This document shows, piece after piece, positions 27,391 to 34,624 of a stretch of 34,624 bases of DNA. A program made the translations under genes and the position numbers. The DNA lies in contig CAIZYV010000052.1 of NCBI GenBank assembly GCA_903937325.1, forward strand, positions 1 to 34,624. Reading direction: 5' to 3'. Below the pieces are notes generated by a model. It worked only from the letters and a program-made list of their open reading frames with translations, did no database searches and had not been told where the DNA came from. The first letter of the stretch is position 1. Every line of letters begins with the position of its first letter. The stretch comes from Candidatus Falkowbacteria bacterium. Lineage in GTDB: Bacteria > Patescibacteriota > Patescibacteriia > Patescibacteriales > UBA12465.

Positions 27391-28269
27391 ATGCAAAAGA
27401 TAAAAAAAGCTATTTTCCCAGTTGCTGGTTTCGGCACCCGTTTTTTACCAGCGACCAAAGCTCAGCCGAAAGAAATGCTACCGGTGGTTGATAAGCCGGT
27501 TATTCAATATCTCGTGGAAGAGGCGGTGTCAGCTGGGATTGAAGAAATAATTTTTGTTACCGGTCGAGGTAAGAGGGCAATTGAAGATCATTTTGATTAT
27601 TCTTTTGAATTAAGCAAGACATTAGTGGAAAAGAATAAGATGGATCTTGTAAAAAAAGTACAGGCAATCGAAAATCTGGCAAAATTTTCCTATGTGCGCC
27701 AGCCCATTCCTTTGGGTGATGGCCATGCGGTTATGTGTGCCTCCCATTTAATTCGTGATGATGAACCGGTATTAGTAATGTTTGGTGATACTCTTTATGA
27801 TTCTCCCGTTTCTCCTGTTAAGCAGGTGATGGATGTTTATGAACATTACGGTGATGCTGTTATTGGTTTATCTGAAGTTGAACATAAGGATGTCAGCCAA
27901 TTCGGAGTTATCGATGGTCTTGATTTAGGTGATGGTATTTATGAAATTAAAAAATTTATTGAAAAGCCTCCGGTCGAGGACGCACCTTCTAATTTAGTGC
28001 AAGTTGGTATTAACATTATTACTCCAGAAATTATTAATATTCTTCGATTAATGAAATCCGGAAAATCTGGGGAAATTCGCCTGGCTGATGCTTACGATGT
28101 TATGTTGGAGCAGGGACGCCTCTTGTATGGAAAAAAATTAGACGGTGAATGGCTTGATACTGGTAATAAATTTAATTTAATTAAGGCTAATATTAAAATG
28201 GGTATTAAAGATGCTGAAATTGGTGAGGAGTTGAAAGAATTTTTAAGAAAGATCGCTAAGAGCCTTTAA
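27391..28269 (+). CDS. galU: UTP-glucose-1-phosphate uridylyltransferase
   Basis: KAIFPVAGFGTRFLPATKAQPKEMLPVVDKPVIQY is the GalU signature. The ATG at 27391 is preferred over the upstream in-frame extension that overlaps the GT2 gene. Confidence 0.9.
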   Translation: MQKIKKAIFPVAGFGTRFLPATKAQPKEMLPVVDKPVIQYLVEEAVSAGIEEIIFVTGRGKRAIEDHFDYSFELSKTLVEKNKMDLVKKVQAIENLAKFSYVRQPIPLGDGHAVMCASHLIRDDEPVLVMFGDTLYDSPVSPVKQVMDVYEHYGDAVIGLSEVEHKDVSQFGVIDGLDLGDGIYEIKKFIEKPPVEDAPSNLVQVGINIITPEIINILRLMKSGKSGEIRLADAYDVMLEQGRLLYGKKLDGEWLDTGNKFNLIKANIKMGIKDAEIGEELKEFLRKIAKSL

Positions 28270-28287
28270 AGCGAAATTTAAATTAAC

Positions 28288-28319
28288 AAAAAACCGCTTC
28301 GGATTGAAGCGGTTTTTTT
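28288..28319. terminator. Bidirectional intrinsic terminator
   Basis: AAAAAA, then CCGCTTC/GAAGCGG stem, then TTTTTTT, between galU (+) and the PEGA gene (-). Confidence 0.85.
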
Positions 28320-28330
28320 ATTACACTCCT

Positions 28331-29662
28331 TTATTGTAACTGTAGTTTATATATGCCGCCTTGTTGGCCGATTTGGGCATAAAAATATAAGAGTTGATTT
28401 TTTTCGTCTAAGGCGAGATCGACTATATTGTTAGCTTGTAAGAGAGAGATTGGTTCACGTTTATCTAGATTAAGATTGATAATTTTTATTTCTGTGTCGC
28501 TTGCATAGAGTAGATAATTTTTTGTTCTATGCCAGGCAAAGCCGGTAATCGGCTCACTAACTCTAATTAATAGATTTTGCTGGTTATTATTTATATCTAA
28601 AGAATATATTTCAAATTCGTTATGCCAGATGAGCCTATTTTTATCTAGCCATTGCCAAGCGCTGGCCGGTCTAATTTGCTTTATAATTACCTGGTCAGTA
28701 TATTCACTGAGCAAATATAGGGACTCTTGTTTTCGGTCATAAAGACTTAAATGGTAGTCATCGTGATAGAAAACATAATCTCCAGCCGGTAATGGCTGGC
28801 TGCTTTGCCTAATAGCACTGGAGGCGTTGTAGACGCGTAAATAATACTGCCCATTTTGTCTCTCGACAGTGTAGATTAAATTATTTTTAACTGTATAAGC
28901 ACTATAATCGCTGCCGCTAAGAATAGTGCTGACAGTATTTTGCTTGGTTAAAATGCAGCTGATGTTTCCTCCCGATCGATAGTATATTTTTTTATCCGCT
29001 TCATCCCAATAAAAGTCTTGTGCTTCTTGACCAATAGCACTTAGGTCGTAGCCACTCGCCTTTCCTTCTAAGTCAATTAAACTGCCGTTTAATAGAATTT
29101 GTGAGCTATCTTTAGACCATTGCATCGATGTGGTCGTGCTGGTTTTGATGGGACTGACATTTTCTGTTTTTAAATTAATGATTGACCCCTCGCCAGCTAG
29201 AAATAAATTTTTTTTGTCCGGACTGAGGAATAATTCTTGTGGAGCACAAAGAGTCAAATTCATTGGCAGGGAACGTTTGAAAAGAATTAGATCCTCGGCA
29301 AAACTTGTCTGCCCGGAATAGATTTGCAGCTTTTTTTCTAAGGGCCAGTATCCTTCTTTTTCTAAGCGTAAAGTATATTCGCCTGGTATCAGATTTTTAA
29401 TTTTTACTGGTGTGGTAATATCATTGCGGCCGAGGTCAAGAAAAAGGGAACGTCTTTGTTTGGTGCCGTTTAAAAAAATACTAGCTTCCGTCGGTTCGCT
29501 ATCTAAAATAAGCATGCCAGTTTTTTGAAAAAACTGGTTGAAACGCGGCGGCCAACGTCGGTCTATGCTATAGCCGACAGCGTAGAGAGAAACAAAAAAA
29601 GTAATTATAACAAATAGAGCGATAAACAATATAAACAGCCAATCTCTAAATTTTTTGGACAT
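28331..29662 (-). CDS. Membrane-anchored PEGA-domain protein with beta-propeller-like C-terminal region
   Basis: N-terminal TM helix (WLFILFIALFVIITFFVSLYAV). The PEGA-like module is LDSEPTEASIFLNG...TPVKIKNLIPGEYTLRLEKEGYWPLEKKLQI. Repetitive beta-rich sequence follows, with recurring Y/W-x-hydrophobic strands. Confidence 0.65.
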   Translation of the reverse strand: MSKKFRDWLFILFIALFVIITFFVSLYAVGYSIDRRWPPRFNQFFQKTGMLILDSEPTEASIFLNGTKQRRSLFLDLGRNDITTPVKIKNLIPGEYTLRLEKEGYWPLEKKLQIYSGQTSFAEDLILFKRSLPMNLTLCAPQELFLSPDKKNLFLAGEGSIINLKTENVSPIKTSTTTSMQWSKDSSQILLNGSLIDLEGKASGYDLSAIGQEAQDFYWDEADKKIYYRSGGNISCILTKQNTVSTILSGSDYSAYTVKNNLIYTVERQNGQYYLRVYNASSAIRQSSQPLPAGDYVFYHDDYHLSLYDRKQESLYLLSEYTDQVIIKQIRPASAWQWLDKNRLIWHNEFEIYSLDINNNQQNLLIRVSEPITGFAWHRTKNYLLYASDTEIKIINLNLDKREPISLLQANNIVDLALDEKNQLLYFYAQIGQQGGIYKLQLQ

Positions 29663-29668
29663 AATAAT

Positions 29669-30934
29669 TTATTCTACGCGTTCAATATCGGCACCTAAGG
29701 CGCGTAAGCGCTCTTCTAGTTTCTCATAGCCGCGATCTATCTGATAAATATTATCGATTTCCGTTCGGCCATCGGCAATCAAGGCAGCAATAACTAAAGC
29801 AATTCCGGCTCTTAAATCCGGGCTCATTAATCTTTTCCCATAAAGCCTAGTCGGACCCTGAACGACAACTCTGTGTGGATCGCACATCGTTATCTGCGCA
29901 CCCATTTGGGAAAGCATATCAGTCCAAAGCAAGCGTCGGTCATAAATTGTTTCATGAATTAAAGCCGTGCCAGTGGCCTGGGTCATCAAAACTACATAAG
30001 GTGATTGGAGGTCGGTGGCAAAACCGGGATATTCGTGCGTCTTAATGTCATGAGAGAGCAGGGGTGTTTGTCTTTTTTCCATTTTTATCCAGTCTGGTCC
30101 AGTGGAAAAATTTACTCCTATTTTTTTTAATATTTTTAAAAGCGTCATGATATGTTCCGGGTTGCAATTTTCTATTTCTATTTCGGCATTAGCGGCGGCT
30201 GCTAAAATAACAAAAGAGCCGGTTTCAATGCGATCAGGAATAACGGCAAATTTTCCTGCTCCGATCTCTTCCTGTCCTTCAATCGTGATCGTTGGTGTAC
30301 CGGCGCCGGTAATTTTTGCTCCCTGGGTATTCAGATAATTAGCCAAAGCTTCTATTTCTGGCTCCATGGCACAATTTTGCAAGATAGTAGTGCCGGGGAT
30401 GATGGTCGCTGTCATCATCATGCTTTCAGTGGCGGTAACGCTGACAAGTGGAAAAAAATAATGAGCAGGGTGGAGTTTTTCGGCTTTGATATTATAAAAT
30501 TTCCCCGACTCCTCTTTTATTTCTGCGCCGAAAGCCTGATAGCCTTCTAAAAAAAGATCGATTGGTCGGCCACCAGCGCCGATAACGCAACCTCCCGGAT
30601 GAGGAAATTTTACTTCTTTAAAACGAGCGAGTAAGGGGCCAATAAACATAACTGAGCCTCTAAATTTATCGGCCAGCTTTGGATTCATTTCACTTTTATT
30701 TAAAGAGGCAGTTTCTATAATAACTTCTTGGCCGTTCTTACTTATTTTAGCGCCTAAATCAACAAGAACCTCGAATGATCTCTCTACATCTTCTATTATT
30801 GGCAGGTTGCTGAGAGTAATTGGTTGCTTTGATAAGATAGCGGCGGGAATAATTTTTAGGGCTGAATTTTTTGCACCGCTGACGGAAATTTTACCGCTTA
30901 AAGTTCTACCGCCGTTTATAATGAATTTAGGCAT
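29669..30934 (-). CDS. murA: UDP-N-acetylglucosamine 1-carboxyvinyltransferase
   Basis: INGGRTLSGKISVSGAKNSALKIIPAA, and the catalytic loop HPGGCVIGAGGRPIDL with Cys retained. Confidence 0.95.
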   Translation of the reverse strand: MPKFIINGGRTLSGKISVSGAKNSALKIIPAAILSKQPITLSNLPIIEDVERSFEVLVDLGAKISKNGQEVIIETASLNKSEMNPKLADKFRGSVMFIGPLLARFKEVKFPHPGGCVIGAGGRPIDLFLEGYQAFGAEIKEESGKFYNIKAEKLHPAHYFFPLVSVTATESMMMTATIIPGTTILQNCAMEPEIEALANYLNTQGAKITGAGTPTITIEGQEEIGAGKFAVIPDRIETGSFVILAAAANAEIEIENCNPEHIMTLLKILKKIGVNFSTGPDWIKMEKRQTPLLSHDIKTHEYPGFATDLQSPYVVLMTQATGTALIHETIYDRRLLWTDMLSQMGAQITMCDPHRVVVQGPTRLYGKRLMSPDLRAGIALVIAALIADGRTEIDNIYQIDRGYEKLEERLRALGADIERVE

Positions 30935-30979
30935 AGCGTTAATTTTTAACTTTTTAATAACTTTATCTTATCCTATTTA

Positions 30980-31007
30980 TTGACATTTTTCAAATATTTG
31001 GTAATAT
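30980..31007 (+). promoter_or_regulatory. Candidate extended -10 promoter of rplU
   Basis: TTGACA (30980-30985), a 16-nt spacer, then TGgTAATAT (TAATAT at 31002-31007). Confidence 0.6.
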
Positions 31008-31065
31008 TGAAGAGTAAATCGGCGCAAGCCTGATTTTTTCTAATAATTTTGCTAATATTAAATGT

Positions 31066-31380
31066 ATGGCGAAGATCGCAGTAATTGCCACCGGCGGCAA
31101 ACAATATAAGGTCAAAGAAGGTGAAACCATCAAAGTGGAAAAACTGGATCTTAAAGTCGGCGAAAAAGTGAATTTTGACACTCTTTTGGTAGCGGAAACC
31201 GACGGCAGCGCCGTTACAGTGGGTACCCCGTCTTTAGGTGATAAAGTGACAGCTGAAGTTTTGAGTACTGCTCAGCAGGATAAGGTGACGGTTGTGAAGT
31301 ATAAGAGTAAGACTCGGTACAAGAAGACAGTCGGTCATCGTCAGTTGAAAACTTCTGTAAAGATATTAAGCATTGCTTAA
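31066..31380 (+). CDS. rplU: 50S ribosomal protein L21
   Basis: MAKIAVIATGGKQYKVKEGETIKVEKL...KVTVVKYKSKTRYKKTVGHRQ is the canonical bL21 pattern. Confidence 0.95.
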   Translation: MAKIAVIATGGKQYKVKEGETIKVEKLDLKVGEKVNFDTLLVAETDGSAVTVGTPSLGDKVTAEVLSTAQQDKVTVVKYKSKTRYKKTVGHRQLKTSVKILSIA

Positions 31381-31405
31381 TTATCATTTTCCATTTGAAT
31401 ATTTT

Positions 31406-31438
31406 AAAATCCGTTTTTCTGAGAAAAGCGGATTTTTT
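31406..31438. terminator. Intrinsic terminator after rplU (also closes the convergent recR operon)
   Basis: ATCCGTTTTTC/GAAAAGCGGAT stem (one G-U pair) followed by TTTTTT. Confidence 0.75.
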
Positions 31439-31550
31439 AGTTTTGTGGCTCAGTTTTATCCTTTATTTTTAGGACAACCAAACATTTTTTTCTTTTCTGG
31501 CGGCGCAATAACCAGAATCTGATTAAAAACATTATAATCAAAGCGGTCAT
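31437..31550 (-). CDS. Candidate 37-aa small protein (hydrophobic N-terminus, basic C-terminus), not in the supplied ORF track
   Basis: AGGAGGAG lies 2 nt (AGGAGG core 4 nt) upstream of the ATG at 31550. The translation is MTALIIMFLIRFWLLRRQKRKKCLVVLKIKDKTEPQN. It starts 27 nt downstream of the recR stop and ends in the terminator. Confidence 0.4.
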   Translation of the reverse strand: MTALIIMFLIRFWLLRRQKRKKCLVVLKIKDKTEPQN

Positions 31551-31576
31551 TACTCCTCCTTTTTTTGTATTTATAC

Positions 31577-32167
31577 TTATAGATTATTTCTATATTTTAA
31601 AGCATTAGCTAGAGTTAATTCGTCAGCATATTCCAAATCTGATCCGGCCGGTAAACCTCTGGCTAAGCGAGTTAATTTTAAATCAGGAAAAAGTTTTTTT
31701 AAATATAAAGACGTGCTTTCGCCCTCTAAAGTGAAGTTAAGGCCGATGATTATTTCTTGTACTTTATTTTTAATAATTATATCGCGTAGCTTGGTTATCG
31801 GTAGTTGTTCGGGGCCGATATTTTCTAAGGTATTAAGTAAGCCGTCAAGAATAAAATAGAGACCAGTAAATTGTTTACTCTTTTCAATAACTGTCAGATC
31901 TTGACTATTTTCTACAATACAAAGCAAATCTTGTCTGCGTTTATTATCGCTGCAGATTGAGCAGATGTCTTCATCACTAAAAACACGGCATTGGCCACAG
32001 CGCCGGCTTTTTTTTGGTAATTCTTGGAGAGCTTGGGCTAAAGATTGTGTTTTAGACGCTGGTTGATTAAGTAAATAAAAAGCATAGCGTTCGGCAGTTT
32101 TCGGTCCGACGCTAGGGAAGCGAGAAAAATGATCAATTAGATCTTGGATGTAAGCCGGGTATTTCAT
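31577..32167 (-). CDS. recR: Recombination protein RecR
   Basis: FSRFPSVGPKTAERYAFYLL (HhH), a C4 zinc finger CGQCRVFSDEDICSICSD, and a Toprim region LCIVENSQDL. Confidence 0.95.
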   Translation of the reverse strand: MKYPAYIQDLIDHFSRFPSVGPKTAERYAFYLLNQPASKTQSLAQALQELPKKSRRCGQCRVFSDEDICSICSDNKRRQDLLCIVENSQDLTVIEKSKQFTGLYFILDGLLNTLENIGPEQLPITKLRDIIIKNKVQEIIIGLNFTLEGESTSLYLKKLFPDLKLTRLARGLPAGSDLEYADELTLANALKYRNNL

Positions 32168-32183
32168 TGCTTGCTAATTTATT

Positions 32184-32459
32184 TTAGCTCAGTCCAGGTA
32201 GACCGCCCATATCCTGAAGTTTTTTAGCCATTAAGCGCTGAGTGCGTTTAAGAGCATCATTAAAACAACTTTTTAAAGCAGCAGCCTGGTTGTCGATGTT
32301 TAGATTCGGGTTAAGGATTAATTCCGTTATTTCCATGTTGCCATTCAAAGTTAACTTTACTCCGTTTTTTTCTTCCGTAATACTTTCTTGCGCCAGAGCG
32401 CTCTGCATTGTTTTTGCTTGGCTCCGCAAATCTTTAAATTGTTTCAGTTTGTTGAACAT
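32184..32459 (-). CDS. ybaB: YbaB/EbfC family nucleoid-associated protein
   Basis: 91 aa, beginning MFNKLKQFKDLRSQAKTMQSAL..., ending ...LMAKKLQDMGGLPGL. It is in the canonical position upstream of recR. Confidence 0.85.
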   Translation of the reverse strand: MFNKLKQFKDLRSQAKTMQSALAQESITEEKNGVKLTLNGNMEITELILNPNLNIDNQAAALKSCFNDALKRTQRLMAKKLQDMGGLPGLS

Positions 32460-32480
32460 AAATTTTACTCTTTTATATTA

Positions 32481-33869
32481 TTAACTTGGATTATTATTGC
32501 TGCGACTGATATTACGGAAACTGGCGGTATTTTCGTCGAAGAAAAGATCGATTTTTCCTGTTGGTCCATTGCGATGCTTAGCGATATGCACTTCCGCTTT
32601 ATATCTTTCATCCATTGGTAAGTCGTTGGGATTATAGCTTCGATCGGCCGCTTTGCGGTAGATAAACATAACAACATCGGCATCTTGTTCAATTGATCCG
32701 GAATCACGTAAGTGAGACAATTTTGGAATTGCCGGGCTGCTTTGTTCGACGGCGCGAGACAACTGAGCAAGCGCTAAAACCGGAATATTTAATTCACGAG
32801 CGATTGCTTTAAGTCCACGGCTGATTTCGCCGATTTCTTGAACACGATTATCAGTGAAGCGTCCGCGTCCTTCCATTAACTGCAGATAGTCGATAACGAT
32901 AAGACCGAGACCTTTTTCCATCTGTAAGCGCCGACACTTGGCGCGTATTTCCATGACTGACAGAGTGCTAGAATCATCAATATAAATTGGTGCTTCGGCT
33001 AGCTCTCCCATCGCTTTGCCGATTTTAGTAAAATCATTATCCTCTTCTTTGTCGGATAAGTTACCAGTGCGCATTTTCCAGAGATTAACATTAGCTTGGG
33101 CACAAAGCATGCGGTCTACTAATTGTTCTTTTCCCATTTCTAAAGAAAAGATACCGACGCCGGCTTTATTACGAATAGCTGCTTGCCTGGCGATATCAAG
33201 GGCTAAGGAGGTCTTGCCGACACTGGGGCGAGCGGCGAGAATGACTAAATCGGATTTTTGTAGACCGGCGAGTAGGGCATCTAGATCAGTGAAACCGGTG
33301 CTTAAGCCGCGGAGCTTGCCGCCGCCATGTTTATGCAACTCATCAATACGTTCAAAGGCTTCTGTTAAGAGACTGTCGATTGGTAAAAAAGCATTTTTTA
33401 GATATTTGCGGGAAACGCCGAAAATACGTTTTTCGGTTTCATCTAAGAGTTCGTCAATTTCACGATTTTCATCAAAGCTGGAGTTGGTAATTTCGGCTGC
33501 GGCCTGCTGGAGGCGGCGCAAAGTCGCTTTTTTCTGAATAATACTGGCATATTGGCTGATATTGCCGGCAGTAGCGACGGTGTTTGATAGTTTGGCAAGA
33601 TATGTGCGTCCGCCGGTATCGCTTAAGTGTTTTTTATCTTCCAGTTTATTAGCTAGAGTGATAATATCGATTGGTTCCTGGCTATTGTAAAGTTCTTGAA
33701 TTGCCTCATAAATCTTCTGGTTTGCCTGGCGATAGAAATCTTGGGGCAAAATCATGTCTACCACCTTAATAATTGCGTCTTTATCAATTAAAAGACAGCC
33801 CAAGAGCGATTCTTCGGCCTCGAGGCTGTGTGGTGGTATTTTTTCCAATAGATTTTTATCTTGGGTCAT
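32481..33869 (-). CDS. dnaB: Replicative DNA helicase DnaB
   Basis: PPHSLEAEESLLGCLL N-terminal motif, Walker A ARPSVGKTSLAL, VIDYLQLM and LAQLSRAVE motifs. At 462 aa there is no intein-sized insertion. Confidence 0.95.
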   Translation of the reverse strand: MTQDKNLLEKIPPHSLEAEESLLGCLLIDKDAIIKVVDMILPQDFYRQANQKIYEAIQELYNSQEPIDIITLANKLEDKKHLSDTGGRTYLAKLSNTVATAGNISQYASIIQKKATLRRLQQAAAEITNSSFDENREIDELLDETEKRIFGVSRKYLKNAFLPIDSLLTEAFERIDELHKHGGGKLRGLSTGFTDLDALLAGLQKSDLVILAARPSVGKTSLALDIARQAAIRNKAGVGIFSLEMGKEQLVDRMLCAQANVNLWKMRTGNLSDKEEDNDFTKIGKAMGELAEAPIYIDDSSTLSVMEIRAKCRRLQMEKGLGLIVIDYLQLMEGRGRFTDNRVQEIGEISRGLKAIARELNIPVLALAQLSRAVEQSSPAIPKLSHLRDSGSIEQDADVVMFIYRKAADRSYNPNDLPMDERYKAEVHIAKHRNGPTGKIDLFFDENTASFRNISRSNNNPS

Positions 33870-33974
33870 AAAGGTAGCTTATTTACGTCTTTCTATCTTA
33901 GCTTATCGGCTTATCTTTATCAAGAATATTTTATACACTCTTTATGCACCCTTTATTGGCAGTTTATAAATAAT

Positions 33975-34003
33975 TTGACATTATTTCATTTTTGTACTAA
34001 ATT
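33975..34003 (+). promoter_or_regulatory. Candidate promoter for the 34052 gene
   Basis: TTGACA (33975-33980), a 17-nt spacer, then TAAATT (33998-34003). Confidence 0.5.
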
Positions 34004-34051
34004 TAGGCTTCAAAAGAAATTGTTAAGTCGTTCATTTAAACCCCCCCAAAT

Positions 34052-34375
34052 ATGAAAAAAAAATTAAGCGGCGACGAGCTCGCTAATTATTTGCAAAGCA
34101 TTGACTTTGATTTTCAGGTGCCAAATCTACCGACTATCAAGGCCTGTCTGGCGGAAGAATCTGGCCATTTGTTGCCTCCAGAAAAGATTTTAAGGCGCTT
34201 GTTTCTTACTACTAAGGAACCGGCTTTCCAAACGGTTTTAAATTTATGTTTGGAAAAACGTCTACCTGCCCTATTTGGCCAGGAATATTTCTTTAACGGC
34301 GATAAGATTGTCATTATTAATAATCAAGCTTGTTTAGCTTGTCGCCGACGAAATATTTGTCGTTTGCGGCCATAA
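34052..34375 (+). CDS. Hypothetical protein (orphan)
   Basis: 107-aa ORF with its own candidate promoter and terminator. It has a basic Cys-containing tail, CLACRRRNICRLRP, and no family I recognise. Confidence 0.55.
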   Translation: MKKKLSGDELANYLQSIDFDFQVPNLPTIKACLAEESGHLLPPEKILRRLFLTTKEPAFQTVLNLCLEKRLPALFGQEYFFNGDKIVIINNQACLACRRRNICRLRP

Positions 34376-34396
34376 ACATCAGTGCCGCCTAAGAAT

Positions 34397-34426
34397 CAAA
34401 AAACTCCCGTTTTCTAGGGAGTTTTT
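34397..34426. terminator. Bidirectional intrinsic terminator
   Basis: AAAAAA, then ACTCCC/GGGAGT stem, then TTTTT, between the 34052 gene (+) and the tRNA (-). Confidence 0.7.
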
Positions 34427-34433
34427 CTTTTTG

Positions 34434-34507
34434 AGCCGCCTGTCGGATTCGAACCCACGACCTGCTGTTTACAAAACAGCTGCTCTAACCAACTGAGCTA
34501 AGGCGGC
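34434..34507 (-). tRNA. tRNA-Thr (anticodon UGU), CCA not encoded
   Basis: The reverse complement folds by hand into a 74-nt cloverleaf. The arms are acceptor GCCGCCT/AGGCGGC, D arm GCTC-AGTTGGTTA-GAGC, anticodon arm GCTGT-TTTGTAA-ACAGC and T arm GTGGG-TTCGAAT-CCGAC (one G-G mismatch), with discriminator U. Confidence 0.85.
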
Positions 34508-34516
34508 GCTACTTTG

Positions 34517-34545
34517 ATGTTATCTGATTTTTATTATCTTGGCAA
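34517..34545 (-). promoter_or_regulatory. Candidate promoter of tRNA-Thr
   Basis: On the minus strand: TTGCCA, a 17-nt spacer, then TAACAT, ending 9 nt upstream of the tRNA 5' end. Confidence 0.5.
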
Positions 34546-34624
34546 GAATTTGTTAATAGGGACACGATGCTGTATATTAAATATATGAGAATAGATTTGC
34601 AATTACATTCATATTACTCTGACG

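Noticed and set aside
31066-31438. rplU followed directly by a terminator, without rpmA (L27)
   Set aside because: This is unusual relative to the common rplU-(ysxB)-rpmA arrangement, but it is only gene-order variation. rpmA is presumably elsewhere, and nothing in the sequence suggests a defect.
33016-33537. 173-aa plus-strand ORF, plus similar ORFs at 17175-17555, 7236-7568, 32388-32621, 32465-32770, 22230-22511 and others
   Set aside because: Each lies entirely antisense to, or out of frame within, a well-supported conserved gene (dnaB, gatB, mltG, the thyX-like gene). Their translations are low-complexity Ser/Arg/Leu-rich, as expected for shadow frames of AT-leaning genes. None has an independent start-site signal.
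33931-33950. Possible oriC, based on two DnaA-box-like 9-mers upstream of dnaB
   Set aside because: Each 9-mer matches only 7 of 9 positions in an AT-rich region. No dnaA or dnaN gene is in the window, there is no clear AT-rich DUE with 13-mer repeats, and I cannot compute GC skew. The repeats are kept as a phased-repeat observation, not as an origin call.

Overview
This 34.6-kb window reads as a core chromosomal segment of a small-genome, AT-leaning bacterium. By inference only, the gene content and style fit a Candidate Phyla Radiation/Patescibacteria-type organism: very short intergenic gaps, almost no Shine-Dalgarno sites, PEGA and GEAWYV-repeat envelope proteins, and fused nucleotide-metabolism genes. 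The standard genetic code applies, since all long ORFs are uninterrupted. I support about 33 CDS, one tRNA and several regulatory sites. In order, the content is: the 3' end of the atp operon (atpG partial, atpD, atpC) plus an extra uncharacterised cistron; uppP; a CIRCE-controlled groES-groEL operon; a cytidylyltransferase and mltG; three very large envelope or membrane proteins; miaB and miaA; gatB; an orphan gene; and a tightly packed minus-strand thymidylate operon (dCMP deaminase, tandem-domain ThyX-like protein, small P-loop kinase, Tmk-Dut fusion). After that come a glycan operon (repeat-bearing phosphodiester glycosidase, DUF167, three GT2 enzymes, galU); a PEGA protein and murA; rplU; a dnaB-ybaB-recR operon with a possible small ORF; an orphan gene; and tRNA-Thr(UGU). 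I see no rRNA, CRISPR array, transposase, integrase, or recognisable defence or toxin-antitoxin module. The items most worth follow-up are: (1) the strongly SD-driven, His-rich protein appended to the atp operon, which carries a beta-carbonic-anhydrase-like CxDxR/GHxxCG signature; (2) the thymidylate operon with its Tmk-Dut fusion and a pseudo-dimeric ThyX whose catalytic motif is split between the two halves; (3) an uncharacterised 45-aa tandem repeat module; (4) a G+C-rich non-coding island between miaB and miaA; (5) 11-bp phased TTTAT repeats upstream of dnaB. All coordinates and motif matches were derived by eye, and no homology search was possible.
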